A stretch of 43,235 bases of DNA from Verrucomicrobiota bacterium (GTDB lineage Bacteria > Verrucomicrobiota > Verrucomicrobiia > Chthoniobacterales > UBA10450), in NCBI GenBank assembly GCA_003219355.1, contig QHOQ01000062.1:624-43858 (forward strand), in the 5' to 3' direction. Positions 25,645 to 34,778 of the stretch are shown here, piece after piece. Below the pieces are notes generated by a model. That model did no database searches, was not told the DNA's origin, and saw only the letters and a list, made by a program, of their open reading frames with translations. Both the position numbers and the translations under genes were made by a program. The number at the start of each line of letters is the position of its first letter. Position 1 is the stretch's first letter.

Positions 25645-26529
25645 TCATTTTACATTTGGAAAATAAACATCGGCCGCCATCCCAGCGCGCAATCTGTCAT
25701 CGTCGCTCGGCAGCCGAACCTTCACGCCGAAAACCTGCCGAATTCGATCTGAAATCGTCTGCACGTTACGCGGCGTGAATTCGGCCTGGCGGCTGACCTG
25801 TTCGACCGTTCCCTCAAAATCCTTGCCCGGGAAAGAGTCAACGCGGACGCGCACCGGATCGCCTACCTTTATTAGACCCAGCCATGGCTCCGGCACATAC
25901 ACACGTACCCACAGATGATGCGTAAGAAGCAGCGTCGCGACTTCGCGATTGGCTGGCAGCACGTCGCCTACCTTCACGCTGAGCACTTCGAGAACCGAAT
26001 CGGCCGGCGCGGTAACTTGCATTTCGGCAAGCTGCGCATCTATGTCGGCAAGCTGGGCACGCGCTTGCGTTACGCGCATCTTGGCTGCCTCGACATTTTT
26101 CTCCTGAGCCCGCGCCGAGCTTCCTGCGCGCTCGGCGTCACTTGGGGAAACGACTTTGCGTTTGAGCAAATCTTGCTGGCGTCGGGCATCGTCGCGTAGG
26201 AATTCCAGCTGCGCTGCCTGGGAATCGGCGTCGCGAATCGCGGTGTTGATCTGGGCTTCGGCAAGATCACGTCGTGCATGCAGCTCGGAAGCATCCAGTT
26301 GCACGATGGGCTGTCCGGCGCGCAGGACGTCGCCCTCCCAAGCAAAAATCTTTTCTACTCGACCGCCGCTGCGCGGGCCCACGTGCACTTCGTCCACCTC
26401 GATTGTTCCAGAGACGGAGTTGCTTCGGTGTCCGCAAGCCGACCCGAAGACCGACAACGCAACCAATCCTGCGCTACAGAAATACTTGTCGATCTTGCTT
26501 CGGGTGGACAACTTGCTCGCTAGTCGCAT
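25645..26529 (-). CDS. HlyD family membrane fusion (periplasmic adaptor) protein
   Basis: N-terminal anchor, lipoyl-like hairpin (GGRVEKIFAWEGDVLRAGQPIVQLD), a coiled coil and a beta-barrel (APADSVLEVLSVKVGDVL). The start was chosen at ATG 26529; the longer ORF to 26736 is not protein-like. Confidence 0.8.
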   Translation of the reverse strand: MRLASKLSTRSKIDKYFCSAGLVALSVFGSACGHRSNSVSGTIEVDEVHVGPRSGGRVEKIFAWEGDVLRAGQPIVQLDASELHARRDLAEAQINTAIRDADSQAAQLEFLRDDARRQQDLLKRKVVSPSDAERAGSSARAQEKNVEAAKMRVTQARAQLADIDAQLAEMQVTAPADSVLEVLSVKVGDVLPANREVATLLLTHHLWVRVYVPEPWLGLIKVGDPVRVRVDSFPGKDFEGTVEQVSRQAEFTPRNVQTISDRIRQVFGVKVRLPSDDDRLRAGMAADVYFPNVK

Positions 26530-26572
26530 CGCGACACCAATCTTGCAAATCCCGGCTGCTTCGCTGACCACT

Positions 26573-26767
26573 TCAGAATGGCCGGCTGTTCGGCTCGAGT
26601 GCTTCGAGCGTTCGAGACCGGATACCATGCGCCTTCGATCGGCGCGTCGGTGCAGCAAGCTGATCGATAACTCGACACGGTGTGCCTCGCCCTGCAAGAT
26701 TAGCAAACGTTGGCCCGACGGCCTCTGCTCCGACAATCAGGACATCGACGTATCGGTTTTCGCGCAT
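26573..26767 (-). pseudogene. 5' remnant of an FAD-dependent monooxygenase gene
   Basis: MRENRYVDVLIVGAEAVGPTFANLAGRGTPCRVIDQ...SKAHGIRSRTLEALE matches the Rossmann dinucleotide-binding N-terminus of UbiH/PheA-type flavoproteins. The glycine motif is degenerate (GAEAVG), and the ORF stops after 64 codons. Confidence 0.5.
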
Positions 26768-26863
26768 GTTCGCACGACGCTCTCCGAAAAAAGGCAATAC
26801 TCTTCTTAATAATTACGACCGGCCAAAGACGCGCGGACGTAAAGGCTTGAAAGGGAGCGGATT

Positions 26864-27307
26864 ATGAAAGCGAAACACATATTCTACTGGGCAACGACCT
26901 CACTCATTGCACTTGAGACTTTTGCGGGCGGGGTGATGGACCTGACACACGGACGAACAAACGTTTTCAGCGGTCCAACTGTTGTCGAAGTAGTAACCAG
27001 CCTTGGGTATCCCGTGTATGTTCTCGGGATCCTTGGGATTTGGAAAATTCCCGGAGCCATAACCTTAGTCGTGCCGCGTTTTCTACGGCTGAAGGAATGG
27101 GCCTACGCCGGAATCGTTTTTGAACTGTCGGGCGCGGCCGCATCGCAGGCGATACGCGGCCAACCCAACGACATTATCGCCCCTCTGGTCTTACTCGTCC
27201 TCGCGCTTTCTTCCTGGGCGCTCCGTCCGCCAAACCGCATTCTCGGCGGTGCCCTAACGGCGACGGCAGACCGACATGCGGCTCCAACCAGATCGGACAG
27301 CTTATGA
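26864..27307 (+). CDS. DoxX-like family membrane protein
   Basis: Four TM segments. FYWATTSLIALETFAGGVMDL...LGYPVYVLGILGIWKIPGA...RLKEWAYAGIVFELSGAAAS. Confidence 0.7.
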   Translation: MKAKHIFYWATTSLIALETFAGGVMDLTHGRTNVFSGPTVVEVVTSLGYPVYVLGILGIWKIPGAITLVVPRFLRLKEWAYAGIVFELSGAAASQAIRGQPNDIIAPLVLLVLALSSWALRPPNRILGGALTATADRHAAPTRSDSL

Positions 27308-27408
27308 CAGGACATCCGTATCTCCGGGCGTACACGGCTGCTGTTGTTGTTCCGAGCGTGACGGTCTTCCTCGTTGCGGTATTTGTGGCCACTTCGGCTA
27401 TTTCCTAG
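27304..27408 (+). CDS. possible 34-codon hydrophobic micro-ORF coupled to the DoxX-like gene
   Basis: ATGA start/stop overlap with the upstream gene. The product MTGHPYLRAYTAAVVVPSVTVFLVAVFVATSAIS is one TM-like helix. It could equally be the 5' stump of a decayed gene. Confidence 0.2.
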   Translation: MTGHPYLRAYTAAVVVPSVTVFLVAVFVATSAIS

Positions 27409-27827
27409 TCAGCGTCTTCCTTTTCGGAATGATGAAGCGGCGTCAGCCAAAAACTTGGGATTCAGCCGGGATGACCGTTGTCCTCTCCAACAAGCCGGCG
27501 AATTATCGAAGATTACTTGGCCGAGCCGCAGACGGTGTGGAGTTTCCCGATCGGTTCGGAAGTCGATCGAGTCTCGTTCACTTTTTCGCGCGTCGCAGCG
27601 AATTGGAAAGGAAATTGCGATGTTGAGCGAGAAAGTCGCGGACATCGGAACAGTTTGGGTCGTGGCCGAAGAAATCGGCGGGAGTTCGAAGCGAGGTGAA
27701 TGAGATGTGACCCGCGCTGTTGCGCTGCCGCTTGGATTCGTTGATGTAAACGTGTGCGCGATTACTGAAACCCGGTCGAGATTAAAATTAATGATTCGTC
27801 GCACGAACCGAAAACTGGCAACGACAA

Positions 27828-28232
27828 ATGAAAACGCGATACCTTGATCACATCGATTTGCGAGTAAAAGACATGAAAGTCGCAAAAGAGTTCTACGGGA
27901 AATTTTTACCCCAGGTCGGATTTGTCCACGAAAGTCCAGGCGACGATTTCCACACCTTTTATTCCGCCGGCGGCGATAGGCCTTCGGAATTCTTTGGTTT
28001 CACCGAAGACAAAAAGCATCAACCGAACGGCACTCGCATCGCGTTCTGGGCCGACACACGCAACGAAGTCGATCGGATCGCTGAACTAGTGCGTCAAGCG
28101 GGCGGAAAAACTCTGGAAGGTCCGGAAGTCTGCGTCGATTACAGTCCCGGCTACTACGCATTTTTCTTCGAGGATCCGGACGGCAACAAACTGGAAATCT
28201 GCTGCCGCGAAAGTCCGATCATTGCGAAATGA
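27828..28232 (+). CDS. VOC (glyoxalase/bleomycin resistance/dioxygenase) family protein
   Basis: LDHIDLRVKDMKVAKEFY...IAFWADTRNEVD...YYAFFFEDPDGNKLEI. Confidence 0.8.
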   Translation: MKTRYLDHIDLRVKDMKVAKEFYGKFLPQVGFVHESPGDDFHTFYSAGGDRPSEFFGFTEDKKHQPNGTRIAFWADTRNEVDRIAELVRQAGGKTLEGPEVCVDYSPGYYAFFFEDPDGNKLEICCRESPIIAK

Positions 28233-28257
28233 AGGAGTTTCAACGAAGAGTTGGGCA

Positions 28258-28794
28258 ATGAGTAATCCGGCACATGTTCCTGTGATTCTGCAGGAGCCGC
28301 GTCGCCATCGCTATCTTAAGCTCATCGCGCTCTTCAAAATCGGTAAAGGCGTACTGTTGCTTTCGCTTGGTATTTCGTTGCTTTTCCTTAACGCGCGCAC
28401 CCGCTGGATGGATTTGCTTTCGAATTGGGCCGCGGATGAGATCCTGATGGAGCACAGCAAGCCTGTGGCCTTTTTGCTCCACAAACTGCAAGGCGTGCTC
28501 CAAGGCGGCGCGCTGCGTGCCACCGGTTTTTTGGCCCTCTTTTACACCGCGGTTCTTTTCACCGAAGGAATTGGCGTTTATATGGAACAGCGATGGGCAG
28601 AATTGCTGATGATTTTCGCAACGGCTGCCCTGATTCCGCTCGAGGTGCGGCATATCTGGCACCGTCCGAGCCTGGCGGCCATAGTCATTCTCATTGTAAA
28701 CTGCTTCATCGTCTGGTTCCTCTATTTCGTTTTGCGGCGTAGGCCAAACTCCATGGCTCCCCCGATCGAGCGCGAGCTAGCGAAAATTAGCTAA
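28258..28794 (+). CDS. DUF2127 membrane protein
   Basis: LKLIALFKIGKGVLLLSLGISLLFL and four TM segments. ATG 28258 is preferred over TTG 28222. Confidence 0.7.
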   Translation: MSNPAHVPVILQEPRRHRYLKLIALFKIGKGVLLLSLGISLLFLNARTRWMDLLSNWAADEILMEHSKPVAFLLHKLQGVLQGGALRATGFLALFYTAVLFTEGIGVYMEQRWAELLMIFATAALIPLEVRHIWHRPSLAAIVILIVNCFIVWFLYFVLRRRPNSMAPPIERELAKIS

Positions 28795-29383
28795 CCCCAC
28801 GGCGACGCGGCCTTACGCCAAAGTGTTCGAGCACGCGACGCGTTTGTTCCATCGGCAGGCCGACAACGTTGGAAAAGGAGCCCTCTATCCTTGCGATGAT
28901 CTCCGCGCCGTGACCTTGGGCCGCGTAGGCACCTGCTTTATCCAGCGGATGCACTTTCGCAAGGTAACGGTTGATCTGCACCTTGCTGAGGCGACGAAAT
29001 CGAACACGCGAAATCTCATGAAAGGCTGCCGGTCGTCCGGCCGCGAAACGATGAACGAAAACGGCGGAACAAACTTCGTGCGTTCGTCCGTTCAAGCGCC
29101 GTAGAATCTGCGCAGCTTCGCTCAAATCCGCCGGTTTGCCGATGATTTCGTCCTCCAGCGCGATAAGTGTGTCGGCTGCGAGCACGATCTTGTCGGGATG
29201 TGTTCGCGCAACCGGTATCCCCTTTCGGATCGCGTTCCACATGGTTAACTCGCGCAGTGTAAGATCGAGATCGAGCTTTTCCGCGACGCGTGGTGAGACG
29301 GTTTCGAATTCAAAACCCGCTTCAGCGAGCAACGCGGCTCGTCTGGGCGAATCTGACGCCAGCACTAATGAAGCACGACACAC
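28787..29383 (-). CDS. maf: Maf family nucleoside triphosphate pyrophosphatase
   Basis: LVLASDSPRRAALLAEAGF, ADTLI, GKP, AGAYAAQG and VVGLP motifs. Confidence 0.9.
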   Translation of the reverse strand: MCRASLVLASDSPRRAALLAEAGFEFETVSPRVAEKLDLDLTLRELTMWNAIRKGIPVARTHPDKIVLAADTLIALEDEIIGKPADLSEAAQILRRLNGRTHEVCSAVFVHRFAAGRPAAFHEISRVRFRRLSKVQINRYLAKVHPLDKAGAYAAQGHGAEIIARIEGSFSNVVGLPMEQTRRVLEHFGVRPRRRGVS

Positions 29384-29403
29384 CTGACAACCGGCCCCTC
29401 GCG

Positions 29404-30147
29404 TTATGGCTTCGTCGAAGGGGACGGAACCGTATTTTTTTTGTCAAAAATATCCGGCAGCTTCGTCTCCTTAAAGTCGCTAGGGGCGGTGAACTCAGCG
29501 TCGCTGATCGGATTCTGATTCGCGGAGATGATCGTAGTCGTTATCTCCGTGGCACCACCCGGAGCCGTCCCACCCGGCTTAGTCGGCTGACTTTGTTTAG
29601 TCATAGTCATACGTGTGCGGATCGGCAATCCGGGAAAATCGCGATAGTCCGGCATCTTTGTATTGGCCGCGTTCCAGAAATCCGAATTGATCGATTGCAG
29701 TTGTGCCAGGATGGCAGCGCCGTCAGGATAATTGCTAGCGATCCAATAGGTGGCCTTAAACTCGGGCCCGTCATAGGTATATTGCTCGGTTTCGTACCCG
29801 TTCACCGTTTCCTTCTGGCCGGTGGCGTTGAGTTTGGCTTTTTCCGCGCCTTCTTTGGTTGTATTAAACTTTTTTATCATGTCGGTGACGGCCTTCACTT
29901 TATCCGGTGAAATCCGGACGACCGTCTTTTCCTTATTCATCAGATTGATGACCTCACCGGTCTTTCCATCCACGATTGTGGTGATTTGTGGCGCGGCTTC
30001 GATGCGTGCCTTGTCGCCTTTGATCTTAATGGTCATATCCGTAGGCGCCCCGATTCCTTCTACTTTCTGCACAATCGTGAGGTCGGCATGGGCAGGAGGA
30101 AAGAAGGAAATGCTCAACACCAGCGAATAGAGTGCCGTTTTCATCAT
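29404..30147 (-). CDS. secreted hypothetical protein (possibly DUF4412-like)
   Basis: Signal peptide MMKTALYSLVLSISFFPPAHA, a beta-rich domain and a Pro/Thr-rich C-terminus. The family call is tentative. Confidence 0.5.
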   Translation of the reverse strand: MMKTALYSLVLSISFFPPAHADLTIVQKVEGIGAPTDMTIKIKGDKARIEAAPQITTIVDGKTGEVINLMNKEKTVVRISPDKVKAVTDMIKKFNTTKEGAEKAKLNATGQKETVNGYETEQYTYDGPEFKATYWIASNYPDGAAILAQLQSINSDFWNAANTKMPDYRDFPGLPIRTRMTMTKQSQPTKPGGTAPGGATEITTTIISANQNPISDAEFTAPSDFKETKLPDIFDKKNTVPSPSTKP

Positions 30148-30272
30148 GGCAAAACAGCTAGACTCCGCTTCCCAAAAATGCAAGGGGTGTTCCGCCCGCA
30201 CTTGCGCGGCTAGTTCAATCACCGAGTTCGAATCGACCTGATGATTACGTGCCTGCGTAATCCGCAGTCTAA

Positions 30273-31049
30273 TTACGCTGATTTTTCCGTCTTTAGCAGC
30301 TTAATGGCGTCGCGCAGTTCTGCAGCGCGTTCGTAGAGTTCTTTGGCGATCGCGCTTTCCATCTCGCGCTGCATGATCTCCAGCTTCGAGAGTGGACGTT
30401 TTGCTTTCACTTCTTCGAGCCATTCGTCGAGAAATGCGATCTCTGAGCTTTTTGATGCGAGCTCGGGAAAATTTGAATGGTGAAAAAAATTCGCGATGGC
30501 GTCGCGCCCGCGCTCGATTTCGGCCATGGCATCGCCAAATTTACCCTGGCCAAGAAAAATGGAAGCCTTGGCGCGCGTATTCATCATGAGCACGTAAGGC
30601 CGGAACTGTTGCAAGCTCCAAGAGAGCTCTTCGCGATCAGTGTGCTCGGTGACAAAAGTCAAAAGATCGAGATTACGCTGTGTGTCGCGCACGACGCCCG
30701 CAAAATCGTTGACCTGAAATAAACTTAAATAGCGGTGATAATACTGGATGCCTTCTTGCTGAAGTTCGGCACATTCTTCGGGCGTGAGTTCGTAATCTTC
30801 GCCCTTTCCTGCCGCGCGGACCGCGCGTCGTTGGTGATATTCTAGGAGCGACTCGCAGTTGTGCGGGCGTTCTCCATCAGGCCGGCCAGTCACCTCCATT
30901 TGCAGCACGCCAAGATCGACCCGTAGTTGCAACTTCTCGCGGCCATCGAGGCCGGTGATCTTGCGTACCTTGACGTTGCCGTTCTCGTGCGGCCAATCTT
31001 TCAGGATGATATTCAGATCCAAACTCATCTCACGCGGAACATCGAACAT
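30273..31049 (-). CDS. UVR (UvrB/UvrC motif) domain-containing hypothetical protein
   Basis: The C-terminal segment MESAIAKELYERAAELRDAIKLLK is a UVR motif. The rest is helical and not recognised. Confidence 0.6.
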   Translation of the reverse strand: MFDVPREMSLDLNIILKDWPHENGNVKVRKITGLDGREKLQLRVDLGVLQMEVTGRPDGERPHNCESLLEYHQRRAVRAAGKGEDYELTPEECAELQQEGIQYYHRYLSLFQVNDFAGVVRDTQRNLDLLTFVTEHTDREELSWSLQQFRPYVLMMNTRAKASIFLGQGKFGDAMAEIERGRDAIANFFHHSNFPELASKSSEIAFLDEWLEEVKAKRPLSKLEIMQREMESAIAKELYERAAELRDAIKLLKTEKSA

Positions 31050-31163
31050 TTAACCTTCGCTTGTCAATAATGTCGCAGAAGCAGTGGTGACGGTTTAATC
31101 GGAACCACTATCTATTAATCGCGCAATTGCCAAAGTTTGGCCTTTCGCGGAATCTTTGGCGAC

Positions 31164-32054
31164 ATGGAGCAGGCGATCGACTCGTTCATCCGCTTCCTCG
31201 CGGTCGAGCGAGGTCTTTCAGAAAACTATCAACTCTCCACTCAACGATCCCTGAGCGAATTCGCGCAATGGTGCGCCGCAAAGAAAAAGATCGACCATCC
31301 TTACAGCGTGACCCTGCCGGTCATAAGCGAATATCTCGCCGACCGCAAACATGCCGGGCTTTCCGCCTCGTCGATAAAATTGATTGTGATCGCATTGAAG
31401 ATCTTCTTTCGATTTTTAGCGAGTAACGGCGCGGTCGAACGCGATCCGGCGGAGGCGCTCGCGCTCCCGCGGATCGAACGTTACCTTCCCGAAACGCTTA
31501 ACGAATTGCAGGTCGAGCAGCTGTTGGAAAAGATCAACGTGAAAATTCTTCACGGCCTGCGCGACCGGGCAATGATCGAGTTGCTTTACGCGAGCGGGCT
31601 GCGCGCTTCCGAGCTGGCAAACGCACGGCTGGAGAATCTCAATTGTGAAGAGCGCATTTTGCGGGTGACCGGCAAAGGGAACAAGACGCGAATTGTGCCC
31701 GTGGGCCGCAAAGCGTGCGAAGCGCTCGCCGCCTACTTGTCCGCGGAACGCCCAAAGTTCGTAAAGCGCCGCAGCAGTAGCGAGATTTTCCTTTCGGAGC
31801 GCGGCACGAAATTAACAACGGCGCGTATTTGGCAGATTGTGAAAAAACATGCACGGCACTCCGGATTGGAAAAAAATATTTATCCGCATCTTCTCCGACA
31901 CAGTTTCGCGACGCATCTGCTCGGAAATGGCGCCGACCTGCGCATCATCCAGGAAATGCTCGGGCACGCAGATATCTCAACGACGCAAGTGTACACACAT
32001 GTCGATCAACAGCGGCTGAAAGCCGTCCATCGACAATTTCACCCACGCGCGTAG
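31164..32054 (+). CDS. xerD: site-specific tyrosine recombinase XerD
   Basis: N-terminal SAM-like domain (IDSFIRFLAVERGLSENY). Catalytic residues in GLRASEL, HLLRHSFATHLL and LGHADISTTQVYTHV. The C-terminus ends HPRA, as in XerD. Confidence 0.85.
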   Translation: MEQAIDSFIRFLAVERGLSENYQLSTQRSLSEFAQWCAAKKKIDHPYSVTLPVISEYLADRKHAGLSASSIKLIVIALKIFFRFLASNGAVERDPAEALALPRIERYLPETLNELQVEQLLEKINVKILHGLRDRAMIELLYASGLRASELANARLENLNCEERILRVTGKGNKTRIVPVGRKACEALAAYLSAERPKFVKRRSSSEIFLSERGTKLTTARIWQIVKKHARHSGLEKNIYPHLLRHSFATHLLGNGADLRIIQEMLGHADISTTQVYTHVDQQRLKAVHRQFHPRA

Positions 32055-32072
32055 CGTCACACTTCTTTTCTC

Positions 32073-33863
32073 ATGGGACGAACTATAAGCTTCGTAATCG
32101 CCGCCGTCGCTGCGTTCGCCGTCTGGTACGTCTGGCGCATTTCTCAACAAACTTCGAGCGCCTCCGTCAGCGCGCTACTCCCGCGCGAAACAATTTTCCT
32201 GGCGCACGTGCCAGATTTCAATCGAACGCGCGATCAATGGAATCACTCCGACCTTTGCCAGCTCTATTGCGAACCGGCGGTGCAGGATTTTCTTCGCAAG
32301 CCACTGACCAAACTTCCGAAAAAGGACGCGGCTTCTCAAACGCTGCAGGAGATCGAACAACTCGATCCCAAGAACGCTTTTTTCGCGCTGACGTCAATGG
32401 CGAACGACAGTCCAAAGATTGTTGTGGGATTTCGTTTTCGTGAAAACCAGAATCGCGCGGAAAAAATCATCGCCGAATGGTGTTCGGACGCGCTCGGCGA
32501 TCCCAGAAACCGCGAGACGATCGCTTACCAGCGGCACAAGATCCACATTTTTACCTTTGGCCTCTTTTCGCTGGCAAGCGTTTATGACAGAAATTGGTTC
32601 TTCGCTTCGAATAATCTCGCTGAAATTAAAACTCTTCTCGACCGCGCCGACGGTCGAGTCAAACGCGCAAAGGACACACTGGATGAGGACGAGTCATATC
32701 GCACGGCGGCCGCTCACATGCCGTCGAGTTATGCTGCCTCTTTTTATCTGCAACCGAAGATATTTTCCGAGCGACTTACTGCCCTCCGCGCCGCCATCCA
32801 GTCGCCGGGTGCAACGAATGAACGGCCCGTATTGGAACAGGTGCGCAGTATTTCTGGCGCGATGCGCTTCGAGAGTGGAAAAATACACGATCTACTTTTT
32901 CTCGGAATGCCAAAATTGGAACAGGATGTGGCGCTTACCCGATCATCACTTTCGCTTGGCACGAAAGAGACGTTTTTCTATCTGTCGATGTTGCTCAATG
33001 TCGGGCAAAAGATTGATGCGCTAAATCAAGCGGCAGGCATCGCGGGTACAATGCAGAAGTTTTTTCAAACTTTTTCCGACAGTGGAATCACGGCCGATGA
33101 CTGGAAGGCCGCGTTCGGCTTGGAATTGGAATCGTTAGCGGACTGGCCGTCGAACGCACCTTGGCCCTCCTTTCTTCTCACGCTGCCGGTGATAGACATG
33201 GCGAGGGCCGGCAAGATCGTGGAGGCAGTCACGGGCGCGGATGAGAACGCGATTTGGACTCAAACTGAGAAGGATAGTGTGCGTTATTTTTCGATGCCAT
33301 CACCCGCCACCCTGATCGCGATCACCCCAACCATCGCTTTGTCGCACAGGATCCTGATCGCCGGTTTCAATCCGGTTTCGGTTGAAGAGGCGATAAAGCG
33401 CGACGGCAACGGCTCCTCGGAACTTTCTAATTCGCAAACCTACAAGACAGCGGCCAAGTTGGTGCCGAGCCCGACGAACTTTTTTGCCTATATCGACGCG
33501 GCTCTATTGTATTCGCGGCTTGATGCTTCGCTGCGGCCGATGCTGCTAATGGCGGCGGCTTTCATGCCAGGAATGACCGATCGTGTCGATCTTACACGGC
33601 TTCCCGCGCCGGAGATCATCACAAAGCACCTTAGCCCGATCGTCTCATCGCAGAGATATACTAGTGACGGCTATGTGGCCGAGTCGGTCGGGCCGATTAC
33701 GTTGGACCAATCGGCGATCGGTCTGGCAATTCTCAGCGGTATTGGTGTCGCGGCACCTCAAAAAGGCAGGACAAGCTTGACCGGATGGGGTTCTCCTTCG
33801 ACGGGAACTCCGCAGCCATCTTTGAGCCCGTCATCTACGCCCAATCCAGCTTCCACGCCCTAG
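32073..33863 (+). CDS. large exported hypothetical protein (possibly DUF3352-like)
   Basis: N-terminal TM/signal anchor (ISFVIAAVAAFAVWYVWRI), a ~550-aa soluble domain and a Pro/Ser/Thr-rich tail. The family call is tentative. Confidence 0.6.
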   Translation: MGRTISFVIAAVAAFAVWYVWRISQQTSSASVSALLPRETIFLAHVPDFNRTRDQWNHSDLCQLYCEPAVQDFLRKPLTKLPKKDAASQTLQEIEQLDPKNAFFALTSMANDSPKIVVGFRFRENQNRAEKIIAEWCSDALGDPRNRETIAYQRHKIHIFTFGLFSLASVYDRNWFFASNNLAEIKTLLDRADGRVKRAKDTLDEDESYRTAAAHMPSSYAASFYLQPKIFSERLTALRAAIQSPGATNERPVLEQVRSISGAMRFESGKIHDLLFLGMPKLEQDVALTRSSLSLGTKETFFYLSMLLNVGQKIDALNQAAGIAGTMQKFFQTFSDSGITADDWKAAFGLELESLADWPSNAPWPSFLLTLPVIDMARAGKIVEAVTGADENAIWTQTEKDSVRYFSMPSPATLIAITPTIALSHRILIAGFNPVSVEEAIKRDGNGSSELSNSQTYKTAAKLVPSPTNFFAYIDAALLYSRLDASLRPMLLMAAAFMPGMTDRVDLTRLPAPEIITKHLSPIVSSQRYTSDGYVAESVGPITLDQSAIGLAILSGIGVAAPQKGRTSLTGWGSPSTGTPQPSLSPSSTPNPASTP

Positions 33864-33969
33864 AATAGAGCGAGTAGTTGCGCCATTTCGGCACTCTTTT
33901 TATGGTTCAAAAACTGAGACAAGAAAAACTGCTGCACCCGTCCTGAAAATGTGCTATCCTTCTGGTCCT

Positions 33970-34281
33970 ATGGCTATTCTAAAGAAAAATGCATTCTCCC
34001 GTCGAGTTCCGGATCTAGTGACCGAGGAGCTGGTTGCAGTCCTTTCGCGGCGTTCTTCCTTTGAGTTCAAGCAGCTTTTCGATATCGTCCATGAAAATCT
34101 ACGAGCACGGAATGCGGCCAGTGGTGGCGAGGAAATGCTGCGGCTCCGGGCTTACGAGAAGCTGCAAAATCTGGTTGCGCGCGGCGCGGTCAAAAAGAAT
34201 GGCAAAAAATATAAAGGCCTGCCTTCGGCTTTGGCAAATGCCATTGCGCCGCAGAATGGCCATCTGGCTGGCGTAAGGTAA
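33970..34281 (+). CDS. hypothetical small basic protein
   Basis: The ORF has protein-like composition (MLRLRAYEKLQNLVARGAVKKNGKKYKGL, possibly winged-helix-like). No family recognised. Confidence 0.45.
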   Translation: MAILKKNAFSRRVPDLVTEELVAVLSRRSSFEFKQLFDIVHENLRARNAASGGEEMLRLRAYEKLQNLVARGAVKKNGKKYKGLPSALANAIAPQNGHLAGVR

Positions 34282-34320
34282 GCTTCAACCTTAGCCAACT
34301 GATCTTCAGCGAGCCTTCAG

Positions 34321-34692
34321 ATGCTCCGAGAATATCTGCCGGTTCTCCTGCAAGTTATTGTAGCGATGCTGTTTGCCGGTTCCGCGCTGCTCGTTAGCAT
34401 TCTCGTCGGGAAAAGCGGGAAACGCACGCGAGCGAAAGATACCGCCTATGAATGCGGGATGGTGCCACAGGGACAAGTGCAGCCCAGATTCAGCGTGAAG
34501 TTTTATCTGGTAGCGATGCTCTTTATCCTCTTCGATCTTGAGATCGTGTTTATGTATCCTTGGGCAGTGGTTTACAGAGAGTCGATCAAGCAGAGCGGGC
34601 TCATTTTCTGGAGTATGCTCAGCTTTATTTCGATCTTAATGGTCGGCTATGTTTACGCGCTCAAGAAGGGCGCGCTGGACTGGAAAAAATAA
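34321..34692 (+). CDS. nuoA: NADH-quinone oxidoreductase subunit A
   Basis: Three TM segments. YECGM and FYLVAMLFILFDLEIVFMYPWAV motifs. Confidence 0.85.
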   Translation: MLREYLPVLLQVIVAMLFAGSALLVSILVGKSGKRTRAKDTAYECGMVPQGQVQPRFSVKFYLVAMLFILFDLEIVFMYPWAVVYRESIKQSGLIFWSMLSFISILMVGYVYALKKGALDWKK

Positions 34693-34778
34693 TCTCCGAG
34701 CGGCGCGGATCGACATTGCCCGCTCGCCGGATTCGCACTTGCGCGTCCCGCTCGAAGCACCTAATAGCTTTAGCTTTC

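Noticed and set aside
23515-26529. The HlyD/ABC/ABC-2 exporter, considered as a novel system.
   Set aside because: This is the canonical three-gene YbhG/YbhF/YbhR-like architecture with ordinary motifs. Nothing unusual was found beyond the adjacent gene remnant, which is reported separately.
26530-26736. A 69-codon N-terminal extension of the HlyD ORF, as given by the ORF track.
   Set aside because: The extension is Arg/Ser-rich and not protein-like, and it overlaps the flavoprotein remnant in another frame. The ATG at 26529 gives a normal membrane-anchored adaptor N-terminus.
31164-32054. A tyrosine recombinase that could be the integrase of a mobile element or of the tRNA-Lys island.
   Set aside because: It has the full XerD signature, including the C-terminal HPRA. 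It lies 15-21 kb from the island boundaries among housekeeping genes, and no flanking repeats were seen.
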